From Podarcis tiliguerta (Eukaryota): 64,000 nucleotides of DNA. This document shows, one piece after another, positions 49,400 through 61,592 of the stretch. The DNA is taken from assembly GCA_965153285.1 (NCBI GenBank), contig OZ229116.1; one strand, written 5' to 3'. The notes below the pieces were generated by a model. That model did no database searches. It was not told where the DNA came from and saw only the letters and a program-made list of their open reading frames with translations. Position 1 is the stretch's first letter; the number at the start of each line of letters is the position of its first letter. A program made the position numbers and the translations under genes.

Positions 49400-51499
49400 G
49401 CATCTCATATGTATCTGACTGGCCACTGGATTAGGTATTGCACTGGATTACATTCTTTTAATTTTTCTACTGCAAGTCTGCATAGATGCTCATTAGAAAA
49501 GTGGGGAAACTATTCCCTTCTATACTCTCCGTCCTCCTTGATTGCCAAAGAGAAAGGGACTTATGTTCGGCAGCATTGTGAACAGCCCATGCCATAGCAC
49601 TTGCAGGATGCCAACGGATCAGAAAAAAGAGCTATCCTGCTCTTGTACACTTCACAGCACCCTGATCTTTAGAAAACAGCATAAGTTTATGAGATAAGTG
49701 TATGATTTGGCAGGGCATAAAAGCTCTGAAATACATAAATAAAATTATTTACCTTCTACTGCCTGAACATCAAGTTGTTGTTAAAGGCACAGCAATAGGG
49801 CCAGTAAAATATTGGCAACCATCGCAGGAAATGTTAGACAAATAAAAAGCATTATCTTTCCTCTATGGCCTTAGGCGTGGGCATTAGATTTGCAGCATTT
49901 CAAAGGAACCTGCAAATTAAACATGAAACGGATTGCTTTTGAATGGTTGTTGGATTGGAAGTGGCTAAATGTGTGAAACATGTAACCTCTTTCCTCATAT
50001 CGCTGATAAGTTGGGCATGGGGATATGCCCATATTCTTGATATTTCTGCCGCTGCCACTCATCCATATTTGCGTTAACACCTGCTGGGATAAGCAAATAC
50101 TGTAGCAAGACCCATAACAAGTTTATTGAATATCAGTAGTCTCTCTCTCTCCAAATGAAGGCAATAGAAAACTAATGTCTCCCTCTGGTTCCATCACAAA
50201 AATTGATAAGCATAGAAACAATAATATATGATATGCTGATTTGTGCTGTGTTAGCTTTAATATCCTTTCTCCAATTGGCCTCCAATAGACAATATATTCT
50301 AAGGTTTAGAAAAGTCTTTGCTTTCCCCAGACCCACTAAAAACACAACAAAGTGTATAAAGAATGAGTGAATTTTGAGAACCTTGAAGTTGCCAGAAGCT
50401 GACCAGAAATGGCAGTTGGCAGTTTTAAGAGCCTATAGATTACAGGGAAGAGAGATGATACTTAGTGATGATGATTTCACATTTTCTTCTTGGAGAGTGG
50501 AAGGATATTTTCAGTTTGTTCCAGCTTTTACTTAGCTAATCTTTTGCATATGTAAGTGTTAGGCAAAGGGCCTAATAATCACACTTGGGACTGCATGAAC
50601 AGAAACACTTTATTCAGATCATGGGATTTCATGGTATTGCTCTACTTGGCCCTGATTAGGGCTCAGCTGGAATTTCGGGTCATCACAATTTGAAACACAC
50701 ATAAGTGAGCAAGGTCTCAAAAAAAGTGAAGGGGGAAAATGGTGAGATTCAAAACGCAGGACTTTGAGGGACACACTGAAGTAGGCTTGTATGGATAGTC
50801 TAGAGTGTTTAGGGACATGAGAGGAATCTTCCAAGGATTCTAAAGGGTCACCATAAAGGAAAACAACCAGGGAGAGAAAGGGCACAGGTGGAGGAGCAAA
50901 TACTTTTGGAATAAATTAGTTGAAATATTGGAATCACCACCTCCAACAGTTGGGGCATTGTTTCTGAAAGGAGACTGTCAAGGTATCTGTTGAGGGCAAC
51001 TTGGGACTCAGCTACATTGTTAAAGAAATAGTGCTTTATATGCGTTGTTTATGAATTCTAACACTGTGACACCAGATGGTGCTGTGGAGTTCCATTTTTG
51101 CCAACCCGATTTCTCATACAAAGTTTAACTGAAACGCTTTGTTGATGTGTCTAGACCCAGCCTCGGTAATTGGATAACCCTTACTGTGGGATTATTATAA
51201 AGTCTTATAAAAACAGACATAATAAAAAGCACCTCTGTCTTCACTTTGCTCATCATGCATAAAAGGGGCCTGCCTGAGAAGCCGAGGACCAGTTATGATT
51301 GCTAGCTGGAACAGAAGTGATACAGTTCTAAAAAGGGACAGCATGGGATTCAATTAACACGTACTTTATACAACTTTTGAATGATTAAAAAAACCTGCTT
51401 CTGGTCTAAATATATCTTACATTTAAAACACTGAGCTGGTTTGTGTGATACATTAAGCCAAACCTTAGCTCCACAAGATCATGCAAAGATTTGCTCTTG

Positions 51500-51668
51500 C
51501 AGGGGTGCCAACTTGAATAAAATAGGGGGGCTGGTAAGCCACGCCTCACATAATCAATCATACAACACAACAACACACACACCATTTGAATGGCAGTGCC
51601 CATTAACTTGGGGTGGGGCCCTCAAATATTTTATTGGGGGAGCTGTGTCTCCTTTATTGGCTCCTATG
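51500..51668. mobile_element. Non-autonomous DNA element with 7-bp TSD
   Basis: Imperfect TIR caggggtgccaa / ttggctcctatg. Direct repeat gctcttg at 51493-51499 and 51669-51675. Confidence 0.65.
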
Positions 51669-51699
51669 GCTCTTGGCTACAGCTTGCTATCAATGATAG

Positions 51700-52270
51700 G
51701 AGTGCTTAACCACCAGTCCTGGTTAGGATGATACCCATATCCAAACCTTGGCTTGGCTTGGCTTAGCACAGCATCGGAAAGTACCAGTGGGGAGGAAAGC
51801 TGCTGCAAGATCCTCTCTGGGAGCTTGAACACTTGCACAGCCTCACTAAACTAAGGTTTGGCTTAGCATGTCACCTGACCCAGGCCATTGTCACGCTTAG
51901 GTTTTTTAAGCTCAGTTTTTGTGCAGTGCTACATCAAACTCTGGCATAGCACAAGTTTGTGAGCATCTGGGCTTCCGGAGAGGAGATCAAGGCCAGTTGC
52001 TGTTCTGGTACTGTTGTGCTGCTGTAACCTAAGCCATGGTTTGACTTAGCATGTCATCTGAACCCAGGCTCAAGGTTTCTCCCCTCCAGACAAACTGTGA
52101 GCTGCAAACTGAGAACAAACCTTGGTTACAACTCGTGGTTTGAAGCAAGATAACTACTAGCCTGTATGCTGACAACATACTGAGCCACAAGCCATGGCTT
52201 AGCTCACAGCAGCAGGACTGGAGGAGGACCAAAATGGCCTTCATGTGTTCATGCTAAAACGTGGCTTGCA
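51700..52270. repeat. Cluster of old palindromic repeats (aaccatggtt / gcttagcatgtca family)
   Basis: ggtttggcttagcatgtcacctgacccaggc (~51855-51885) and ggtttgacttagcatgtcatctgaacccaggc (~52038-52069), plus several aagccatggctt-like palindromes. Confidence 0.6.
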
Positions 52271-53619
52271 AATAATTAAATTAATTTTAAAAAAATTAAA
52301 TCAAGAAATGCAGCCGTTTCCCCTTTAGTTCTGGTCCTGTGACCAGTAGGCACCAGTGAGGATGCATAGCTTATCCAGCTTCCCAGCACTATATTTTGCT
52401 GCTGTTTAGCAAGAGGAGGAGGGGCAAAGCAGCAGGGAGCATCACACAGTGTGGGCCACTGCTGCCTATAACTCTGCTCTTTGTTTGAACAGCACAAAAA
52501 GCCAGTTGTTATCCTATGGGGGCAAAAGTTCTTACCTACCTTCCTTGTTGCTCTTCTTATTTAAAGAATGATATTTATCGCTGCTTTCGTTTTTCCATTC
52601 AGATGCTGAGAGTGAGCTAGAGGGGGATCCTTAAAGGTGGCAGTGGGGACAAAAGCCAGGCTTATTTATCAAAATAAATCATATTGTTTTCAGAGGTGAA
52701 ATGGAGACACTTGATGTCAGTAGGGTTTTTTAAGGTGATGCAGATTTATAAAATTTTAAAGAGCCCTACATGTTGCCTCAGAATCCTGAGAGCGTTTACA
52801 AAATTTGCGATAGGCATAAGTGTTGAAGGAGTATTCTCCAGTGAGCACTTGCAAACTGTTACTTTTATTGGACACAGCTGTTGCTGATTGTGGGTAGAAA
52901 AAGTGGTTGGTCGCTTGAATGCGATCTCATTGTCTTATAGCATTGCTTGTTGGACTTTTTTTATTATTAGCATAACAGCTGTTGGGGGGGGATAGTGAAT
53001 GAATATCACAGGTACAAAATATCACAGTGAACATCAGCATTCTACATTTGTTATAGCCAGGAGTGCAAAAAAAAATTTAATTTTTTTTTTTGCAAAACTT
53101 AGGAGCCAGACAGAGTTGTCTAGGAGTCGGTTTCAAGGGCTCAAGACATGAATGCATGGTTGAAAGAAAGTATCCCGTCCTCCCTTGTGTATTCTGCTCT
53201 TGTGTCCCATCACTCAGGCATTATATCAAAAGGTATGAGCACACCTAGGACATGTTTAGGCAGTAGACAGGGCATTTTCGCTTTTCTTTTGTGTGTGTTG
53301 TGCCCTTTTTTGCTTTGTATCTCTCTGTTTCTGTGTGTCAGGCAGCGAGCCAGCAAAAAAATCGGATAGAGTATGTGAAGCTAACTCATTGTTAGGAGAA
53401 ACATAGCCTGCTCAGGGGAGCCATGCCTAATGAGCACAGCAAGTCTTCTCAGTAGATCTTGCCCCTATAAGGCAGTTGTTGAGGCTGAAGACACCCACTT
53501 TCCCACAGCTGCCCAAGCAATCTGAGACTATGCCAACGTGCCTATCTCTGTTGCTGCTTCTTCATACCACTTCTGGTCCTGAGAGACATGGAGGGAGGGG
53601 AGCTTGTTATACTGATGGA

Positions 53620-53757
53620 CCCATCTAGCTCAGTGTTGTGTACAGTGATTTATAACAGGAGTCCTGATAACTGGGAGACATTCCTAGTCCTAGCTGGCAC
53701 TAAATCTGGGATCTTTTGCATACAAAGCAGATGTTCTGCCACCGAGTAATGGATCCT
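53620..53757 (-). mobile_element. Degraded tRNA-derived SINE
   Basis: ctgggatcttttgcatacaaagcagatgttctgccaccgagtaatgg resembles a reversed tRNA-like head. cccatctagctcagtgttgt resembles a CR1-like tail. Confidence 0.55.
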
Positions 53758-55031
53758 GCAAAAGTGCACTTACTTGTATTTAGCTGAGCACACATAGGTG
53801 CAGCACAAGATTGGGGCATCAAGGGAGTGAGGCCAGTGGCGCAAACTTTGCTGGGGCATGGCCAGTTTTCCTTACTCATCCATATATTGTATGCATGAAT
53901 AATGTGTGCCTAGTGCCTCTGATTTCACCATAAAAGCCTTGTAAAGAAATGCAGAGTAGGAAAGAGGGCTTCATAGTTGTGGAGAGTGTTTTATCTCACT
54001 CAAAATCAAATTAAAATTTTGTTCCCAAGTGGACAATTTATTTTACCAGAGATATAAGACATTTTTGAGAACTGGAAATAAGGGAGAAGAGCTTAATGAA
54101 GAAGGCATACCAGGGAATTTCCTGAAAGAAAGTTTGCACTCAGCAGTTGCAGTAGAAATTTGGGACAAAGTTTCTTAAAACAATAAACCCATGTTTTTAA
54201 AGAAGCATTGCCATTACAAAGTGGAACCCATGCAAAGATGTATTGAGTGAAAACCATAATAATGCTAAGTAAAGTATTTCCCCCCCCCCCCCAACTTGCT
54301 GCTTGATCTCTGGGCCTTGTGCCAGAAAAGTAGTGCTAAGGAGAGACCATGCCTTAATGCAGAGCTTCTCAGTCTTTCTGTTCCCATGCAGCCACTTGGG
54401 ATGACTGAAAATTACTTATACCCACTAGTCACAAAATGGTGGCCGATGGAGGTGAAGTTTGATAGAATTGATTGGCAATAACAGTCACCCTTGTGCCCAG
54501 TCCCAATCCCTTTCTCTATTCATGCCTATGGACAGCTCTCTCTTCTAGCCTTAGACCCTAAAAAATAGCTTCTTCTTGCGATCCAGACAGCAAGATAGTT
54601 CTTCCTACTAATACAGGGATAGCCAGGACAGTTCTTTCTAAATCAGAAGTAGCCAATGTAGTGCTTTCCAGATCTTTTTATACTCAAAGCAGTAGCAGCT
54701 GGTAGAGCCAAGACCTGGTGAGGACAGCCTGTGACCAAGCAGGTCCTATAGGTTGGGCAAAGCTGATCTCATTTTCTTCCCATCCTCCTGCCTTGCAAAG
54801 ATGTGGACGCAAAAGCATTGCAGTTATGTGAGTGCTTAGTGCCTAACTCAACTGAAAAGTGTCTAACTTTGGTTTAGGAGGGTTCCCTGCTGTCTTGATT
54901 TCTAGTTTGGGTCTATGTCACAGACTGGAGTTTGAATTGGTTGGTGGAAGGTGTCACATAGAACTATTAACTAGGTCCCACCACTAAACTTTCAGCCCAA
55001 TGGAAAATGATTACAGCCCATCACCACCTTA

Positions 55032-55240
55032 CAGTGGTACCTCGGGTTACATACGCTTCAGGTTACAGACTCTGCTAACCCTGAAATAGTACCTCGGGTT
55101 AAGAACTTTGCTTCAGGATGAGAACAGAAATCGTGCTCCAGCGGCGCGGCAGCAGTAGGAGGCCCCATTAGCTAAAGTGGTGCTTCAGGTTAAGAACGAA
55201 CCTCTGGAATGAATTAAGTACTTAACCCGAGGTACCACTG
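55032..55240. mobile_element. Tigger/pogo-like MITE, family A
   Basis: TA then cagtggtacctcgggtta, ending taacccgaggtaccactg then TA. Confidence 0.95.
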
Positions 55241-55269
55241 TATTTACTTCTATGGCTTTTTGCCAGAAT

Positions 55270-55420
55270 GTGGAGGGGTATTAAATAGACCAGATTGTAG
55301 GAGACCAGGGTTAAAATCACGACTCATCTATGAACCTCCCTAGACCACCTTGGGCTTTTCACTGTTAGTCTATGTCTCAGGGTTGTGAGGATAAAATGTG
55401 GAAGAGGAGAGCCATAAGTT
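55270..55420 (+). mobile_element. Degraded MIR-like tRNA SINE
   Basis: ggagaccagggttaaaatcac and cagggttgtgaggataaaatg, a CORE-like segment. Confidence 0.5.
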
Positions 55421-58400
55421 CCATGAAAAGAAACCAGTCTCATTTGTTTTAATTGGTTCAACAAAAAATAGCTTGTCAAGGGAAGGTAGCAACATGAACA
55501 AGCCAGTTTTCTTGGGTTTGGTGTCTGCTCTGAAAGAAGCCTTTTTGCATTCAATGGTGCTTACTCTCATGTAAGCGGGGTTAATTTATTAACTGCATTT
55601 ATGTGACCTCTCATAACAGTTCTCTGGGCTTCTCCCAAAGCAAAGCAAAACAGTTAAAACTGGATGCACTATCACTGTGCATATCTAGGATTAGTATATT
55701 AGACAAAAGGAAGCTCTTAAATAGGTATGTTTGTTGCTTTGGAAACTGAAGAGTTATTGTCAGGTTAAGGGATAGCTAATGTTAAGGTAGGCATTTAGGT
55801 GAGCATGAGGATTAGCCAGAAAATTACATGTTTTAAAAGCTTGGTTTAAACAGTAGGAGAAGCTCCTAGAGAGGCTAATCAGAATTTAATAGAGGAACAC
55901 CTAGAAAGTTAAGATCTAATGAAAGATAAAGGGCACAGTTTCTCTAAAGTGAGATCATGCCTAGAAATGTTGATTGAATATTTTTACAAAGTTTATTTGA
56001 AAGCACTGAAAGAGGGTGCAACACACACAGTTTCCCTGGATTTGAAAAAGCTGTGGAGACAATACAAAAGAAAAGATTAATATGCAATATAAGTACTTAA
56101 CAGCATTAAACTCCTTATAAAAAAAATTATTTTGAAGACACACAAGATTTGCAGAACTTAACTGGAAAGGATTAATATTTTCTCTCCCAAGACCGCACTC
56201 GGAGGGAAGAAAAAAGGAAAGAATTAAGAATGAGTAGAAGAATCAACGGGTGATAAAGAAATATAGATAAAATTAGTTTTGAACAAAAGCGATAGATGTT
56301 GAGACATGTATTTTGATACACTCTTTGAACATTCATGTGGAATGTTGGAGGGTATGTTTCTATATTCTCGACTATTTCCTTTATTTCAGCATGATTGAAC
56401 TTTTAGTACCATATCAGTACTGTCAAACCTAAGCGCGGACCTGGACAGATTTTAAATGCAGAGGGCACAATTCGGCATAAAGTTAAGTACTTTAAATACT
56501 TCCTAATTTAATGAGAGGGTTAAGCATGTTCTTAGCTCTCTAACGTTGAAATTGATGAAATTCAAAAGTACCTAATTTTAGCTCAATTGTGCACACATGA
56601 TTTTACTGAAGTTTTCAAAAAGACTGTTTAATTCCTAATAAGGGTAGCTTCCACATGACTTGTTTATTGAACGTTCATCCTGATTTCTTTGCACAAGGTT
56701 TCATTGTACAATCTGAATTTGCTGCTATGCAATTGAATCCCTATTGCAAAATTGCAACAGTCTGGAGGAACACTTTCCAAAAATTTTATCAGGCGGTCAG
56801 GCCCAAGGATGGGCTTGTATAGGGAGCATGTTCTAGCTGGAGAGTGGTGGCAGTGCTCTGGTGAAGAACGGGCAAACAAGCTGTATGCTGGTGGTCTGGT
56901 GGCACAGAGGAAGGAACTGGTTTCCTCCTTCAGTGGCAAGTTCACAAAACCTGAGGAAAAGCTGCAGAACTGGGAGTTCTTATTTTAGACCACAGCACTG
57001 AATTGGCCTTCTAACATCACCTAACTTTTCAGGTCAGGAATATTATGAGCTGTTTTATGAACTGCTATAATTCAGCATTGGCTACCATCCCCAGTGGTAC
57101 AAGGAGTTAGCATCACAGTTGTATTTAAGGGGGAGAAAACCTTTATGCAGTTTTCTATATGATTTTTTAGGCTTGAGCCACATACCGCCGTATTCAGTGA
57201 GGAAATCCCATGGGCTGTTGCGGATCTATGCCAATCTCTTACTCGAGCTCCATAATAGTTTATAAGTCTACAAATAATTTTGGAAGGAGAGTTGTAGTCA
57301 CAGTGTTTGAATTGGTGTTTTTTTTTTATCTCTAACATACAGAGTAAAGGCAAACTGCATACTTCTTTGGCAAATTTTGAATGAAGGATTGAGATGTGCA
57401 TCATTAATTAGTAATACTTGTTTATAAGCCTAAACAAAGATATCACACTGTTACACACTTCGCACTTCCTCAAATAGTGAGAATTTCCAGGGGCAGTGCT
57501 ACAGGGTTTAATTTCGTTTGAATGAGAGCACTGGAGACTTATGATGTCTTTGCAATATCTGTTCATTTACAAATATACAAGCAGAGCATATTAGAAGCAA
57601 ACTGACACTCCCTCAGCAGGCAAGAATTCCACTAACCCCACCTCTGATTCTCAGAGAGAGTGCTTGCAACCCAGGGGCGATTCACGTTCAGCCAACTCAC
57701 TGCTCTCTGTTTGATGCTCTCTCAGTTCACTCTGCACACACCTTTCCTTCCCCCTCACACAAATGCCCCTACAGAGACCTGCTGTCAAGCCCCATCTCCT
57801 ACAGATAAATTGCTCATTCAGGGGAAAAAAATATCTCATGACCACTAGCTTCTGCTGATGAAACGCCAGCTTAACAGCCCCTGACTATTGGCAGGCAAGC
57901 AGCTTTGCAGAGTGGTCTTCTGGCTTCCACACCAAAGCTAACTTTATTGCTTTTGAAAGATACTGCCTGGGATCTTGATGGCATTGCTTCACCCTATATT
58001 GTAGTTTTCGTTCTAGCTATACAGTATTCCTGATCAGGGCCTCTGTCCATGTGACAGCACAGATTCAGGTTGCTGAAGAGCTTCCTGGTTTTTCCCCTAC
58101 CCATATTTTTCCATGTTGCCCTTTAAACCAACACATTTTTCTTAATGTACCTGCCTGATTTCTTCCATCCATGAGATACCTGCCAACCTACACACCCCAA
58201 ATAATACGCATTTTCCAAAGCCGTCACTAAGCAAGAACACTCCCCGTACGCTGCTTTGTGATCATGTTTGGTGAAAAGTGGTCCACAAATCTTGGAAGTA
58301 AATAAACACTAAAATTTACACTTAATAAAAATATTAATATATATTGCCATTATATTTGACCTCTGTCCTTTCTTCAGCATGAGTTAGATAGCACCACTGC

Positions 58401-60600
58401 ATGGAGAGACTAGCAGCAAAATGAAAACTACCATAGCAGTAGCCAGCACCCACTTCTTTTAGAGACTGATCCAAGAGGCATTCAAATGAGAAGTGTACTG
58501 CTGATTTCAGAAGAAGTCAATCCTTTGCTGCTTTGTTAAAAGAAACAAAATGATGGAAATAAGAATGCTGTGTTTGCTTCTGCAAGGTTTGAATATGACA
58601 GCATTTTTGATCATTTAAAAATCTTAAGTTCGTTGACACAAGTCTAGTTAAGTATATTGCTGACTTAATAAAAGTTGATAGTAACATTTTAGAAGCTCTT
58701 TGGAATCTAAAAAGAACTAGTGTTTGATCTAGCAGCAGAGACAAAAACAGTCTCTTGTTTTATGATAAAAGAAGATGTCTGTGTTGATCTTCAAGTATGT
58801 CAGATCATTCTGAAGAGGCTAGTAAGAGCTGTGTTGTTGTTGTTTTTGTCAAGTGATTTTCCTTGCTATCATTAAGCTTCAAATAAAGTTGGGGGGGGAG
58901 GGAGAGAGAGCTTTGTACGTTGTGTCATTGTATTCATCCGTCATAATTTCTGTTGACAATTCTCGACATGCACTATGTTTTACTGTTCTAACGAGAGAAA
59001 AGACCAGCCATTAAGTTTACGTTTCTTTGTTTTTCAATAAAGTCACATATCAGGAGTAATGCTGGGGTATGCTAATAAGCCATATATAATGTTAGGCACC
59101 TGGGAGCAAGAAATATTTTCTAACTAGTTCTAAAGGGAAATAATGTTAAAAAAGGAAGAGTGATTGTTATATACGCAATGTGTGCTGGCCTACGTGTCAG
59201 TATCAAAAACATCTTTTAAGGAACTTGGCACAATAAATCTCTCAACCTTGATGGTTGTTATTTAAAAGTCTATTGTAGATGCAATTTTCCTACCTGGCAT
59301 GTTCTGTTTTGGAGTCCCAGGTACCTGAAATACATTTTTCCTCATCTTGACATGTCTTATGTAGGGATGATGGTGAAATTTGCTACAAGCAGACCAAGCA
59401 TCAAACTGATCCATAGTCCACTTTTCCACTCTCTTTGTGAAGTATGCTTGCTTGTAGTGACTTTCTGCTGATTTCCTGCTTACAATTAACAAAAAAAATA
59501 TTATATGACAACATTTGTTCCGCTAAGATTCAGCTACCATCAGCGGTAACATCTGATCTTACCTGTCTGCTAAAAGGGTACTGCTGAAATGTGCATTCAC
59601 ATTTACTTCTGTAATTGATCCACTGTTCAAGTGACTATTTTAGCCATTAACAACCATTAACATTCATTGTTTTATCGTTAACCCATTTCTCATTTTTTCG
59701 TTCCATGTGATTTTGCCAAACTCACAATGAAAGCACAGCCATTGTCTTACGTCTTAATGTGAAAATGTTATATTTATTAATGCAGCCAAAAAATGGAATT
59801 CATCTGTATTTTGTGAGTGTTGAAATGTGAGCCTGATGCATATAGTTTTTATAATAATATTACATTTTTTATTATACCACTATAATAATCTTCCTATCAG
59901 TGGTTAATACTTATTAGCTTTTGTCCATGCAAAAATAAAAACTGCATTCTCCCCACCCCCGGCCAAAGTGTGTGGTGGGTTGTGGTGAAAATCATAAGCA
60001 CACCCTGCAAGCCATGCCTTGAGCGATGTGAACTGGGGGTTTTTAGGGAGCATGGGTAGGTGGATGAATCATAAGCACATGGTGCCCTAAAATCCAAATG
60101 AACAATAAATGAAATGGGTTACTGATTTGCTTGACAATTTAAGTTGCTAATATGGTAGCTGGTTGACAAGGAAAAACCACAAACAATAGTAAGGGGACAG
60201 GGGCTTCGTTGCCTTCTCATCTTCACTTGAACAGTAACCTTGAGGCAAGATGCATACTTCAGTGGCCTCACTGAATTTTCAACCATCCCTGAGATCGTCA
60301 CAAAGAACGTAAACAATATTGTTATTTTTGAAAACCTAAGAGCTGGATCAGCAATGGTTAAAAATAGCAAAGTGAGAACTGAAGCGAATTGGTACTGGTG
60401 ATGAATCTCTTGAATTGTAATCTGCACTGGCATCAAGTAATGGACCACATCCCTACAAGTGCCACCTTAAAGAGTAAATAAATGGTCCCCATCCATCGCC
60501 AAATTAAATTAAATTAAAGCTGGGTTTATTCTAAGGCACCAGTCTATCTAAAGATATTTCTACCTAAGTATTTGCCACTTGAAGCAAATGATATGAACTA

Positions 60601-60863
60601 CAGTGGTGCCTTGCAAGACGAAATTAATTTGTTCTGCGAGTTTTTTCGTTCTCCGAGTTTTTTCGTCTTGCGAAGCACCACTGTGTATTGACGGTTTCCT
60701 ATAGGAATGCATTGGCGGTTTTAAAAAAAAGTCGCAAGACGTTTCGTCTTGCGAAGCAAGCCCATAGGGAAATCCGTCTTGCGAAGCATCTCAGAAAACG
60801 AAAAATTCTTTCGTCTTGTGAGTTTTTCGTCTTCCGAGGCATTCGTCTTGCGAGGTACCACTG
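60601..60863. mobile_element. Tigger/pogo-like MITE, family B (opposite orientation to 37783)
   Basis: TA then cagtggtgccttgcaagacg, ending cgtcttgcgaggtaccactg then TA. Close reverse complement of 37783-38030. Confidence 0.95.
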
Positions 60864-61510
60864 TATTAAAATAAATTACAGTTGTTGTAAATGAGCAAGT
60901 ATGCAATTGAAAGATTTAGAAATATGAAGTTAATAGGGTATATATGCTATGGCAAATGAAAGTTGGTGGATCTTGATATTTATTTGCAATTCTCGAGATT
61001 TTAGGAGGCCCAGCCAGAAATGTCAGATGTTTGTGTCCCAGGGCTTATAAATGTCCTTCATTGGTAAATGATAGAAATGAGGATGAGATTTAGACATTTA
61101 CGATGGAAATGAAGATGACATTTAGACATTTATTGAAGGCACTGAGTTAGCTTTGAGATTTACTGGTAAATGTAATTTTCTGAGATTTCCCTTTGGGATT
61201 TTTATGGGAATACTATAAATTACTCAGATATTGCACATTTCAGGTATTAAGGTTCTAGTTTTATAATCTTTGACTTGAACAGGAATGCGTTTCAGTTACT
61301 GTCATAAGCTCTGTGGTTGTTGACATTTACCAGTAATTCTTAAAACTGGACACAAGGTCAGAAGCAATGCCAGATCATGGTTTGGCGCTATGCGAATGAA
61401 AGTGGCAGGACTGTACTGATTTAAGATCAACAAGCTATGTCTCTTCAGTTTTAGCTAAATAGGGTAGATTCAGAATACAGGAATTTTGCTGTCAGGTACA
61501 TAGCTTAAAC

Positions 61511-61592
61511 CAGTGTGGCATAGTGATTTGAGTGTTAGTCTGGGACTTAGGAGACCAGAATCCCAGTCCCCACTCAGCCATGGAGCTCACTT
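61511..61592 (+). mobile_element. MIR-like tRNA SINE head fragment
   Basis: cagtgtggcatagtgatttgagtgttag..ggagaccagaatcccagtccccactcagccatggagctcac with A-box- and B-box-like segments. Confidence 0.55.
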
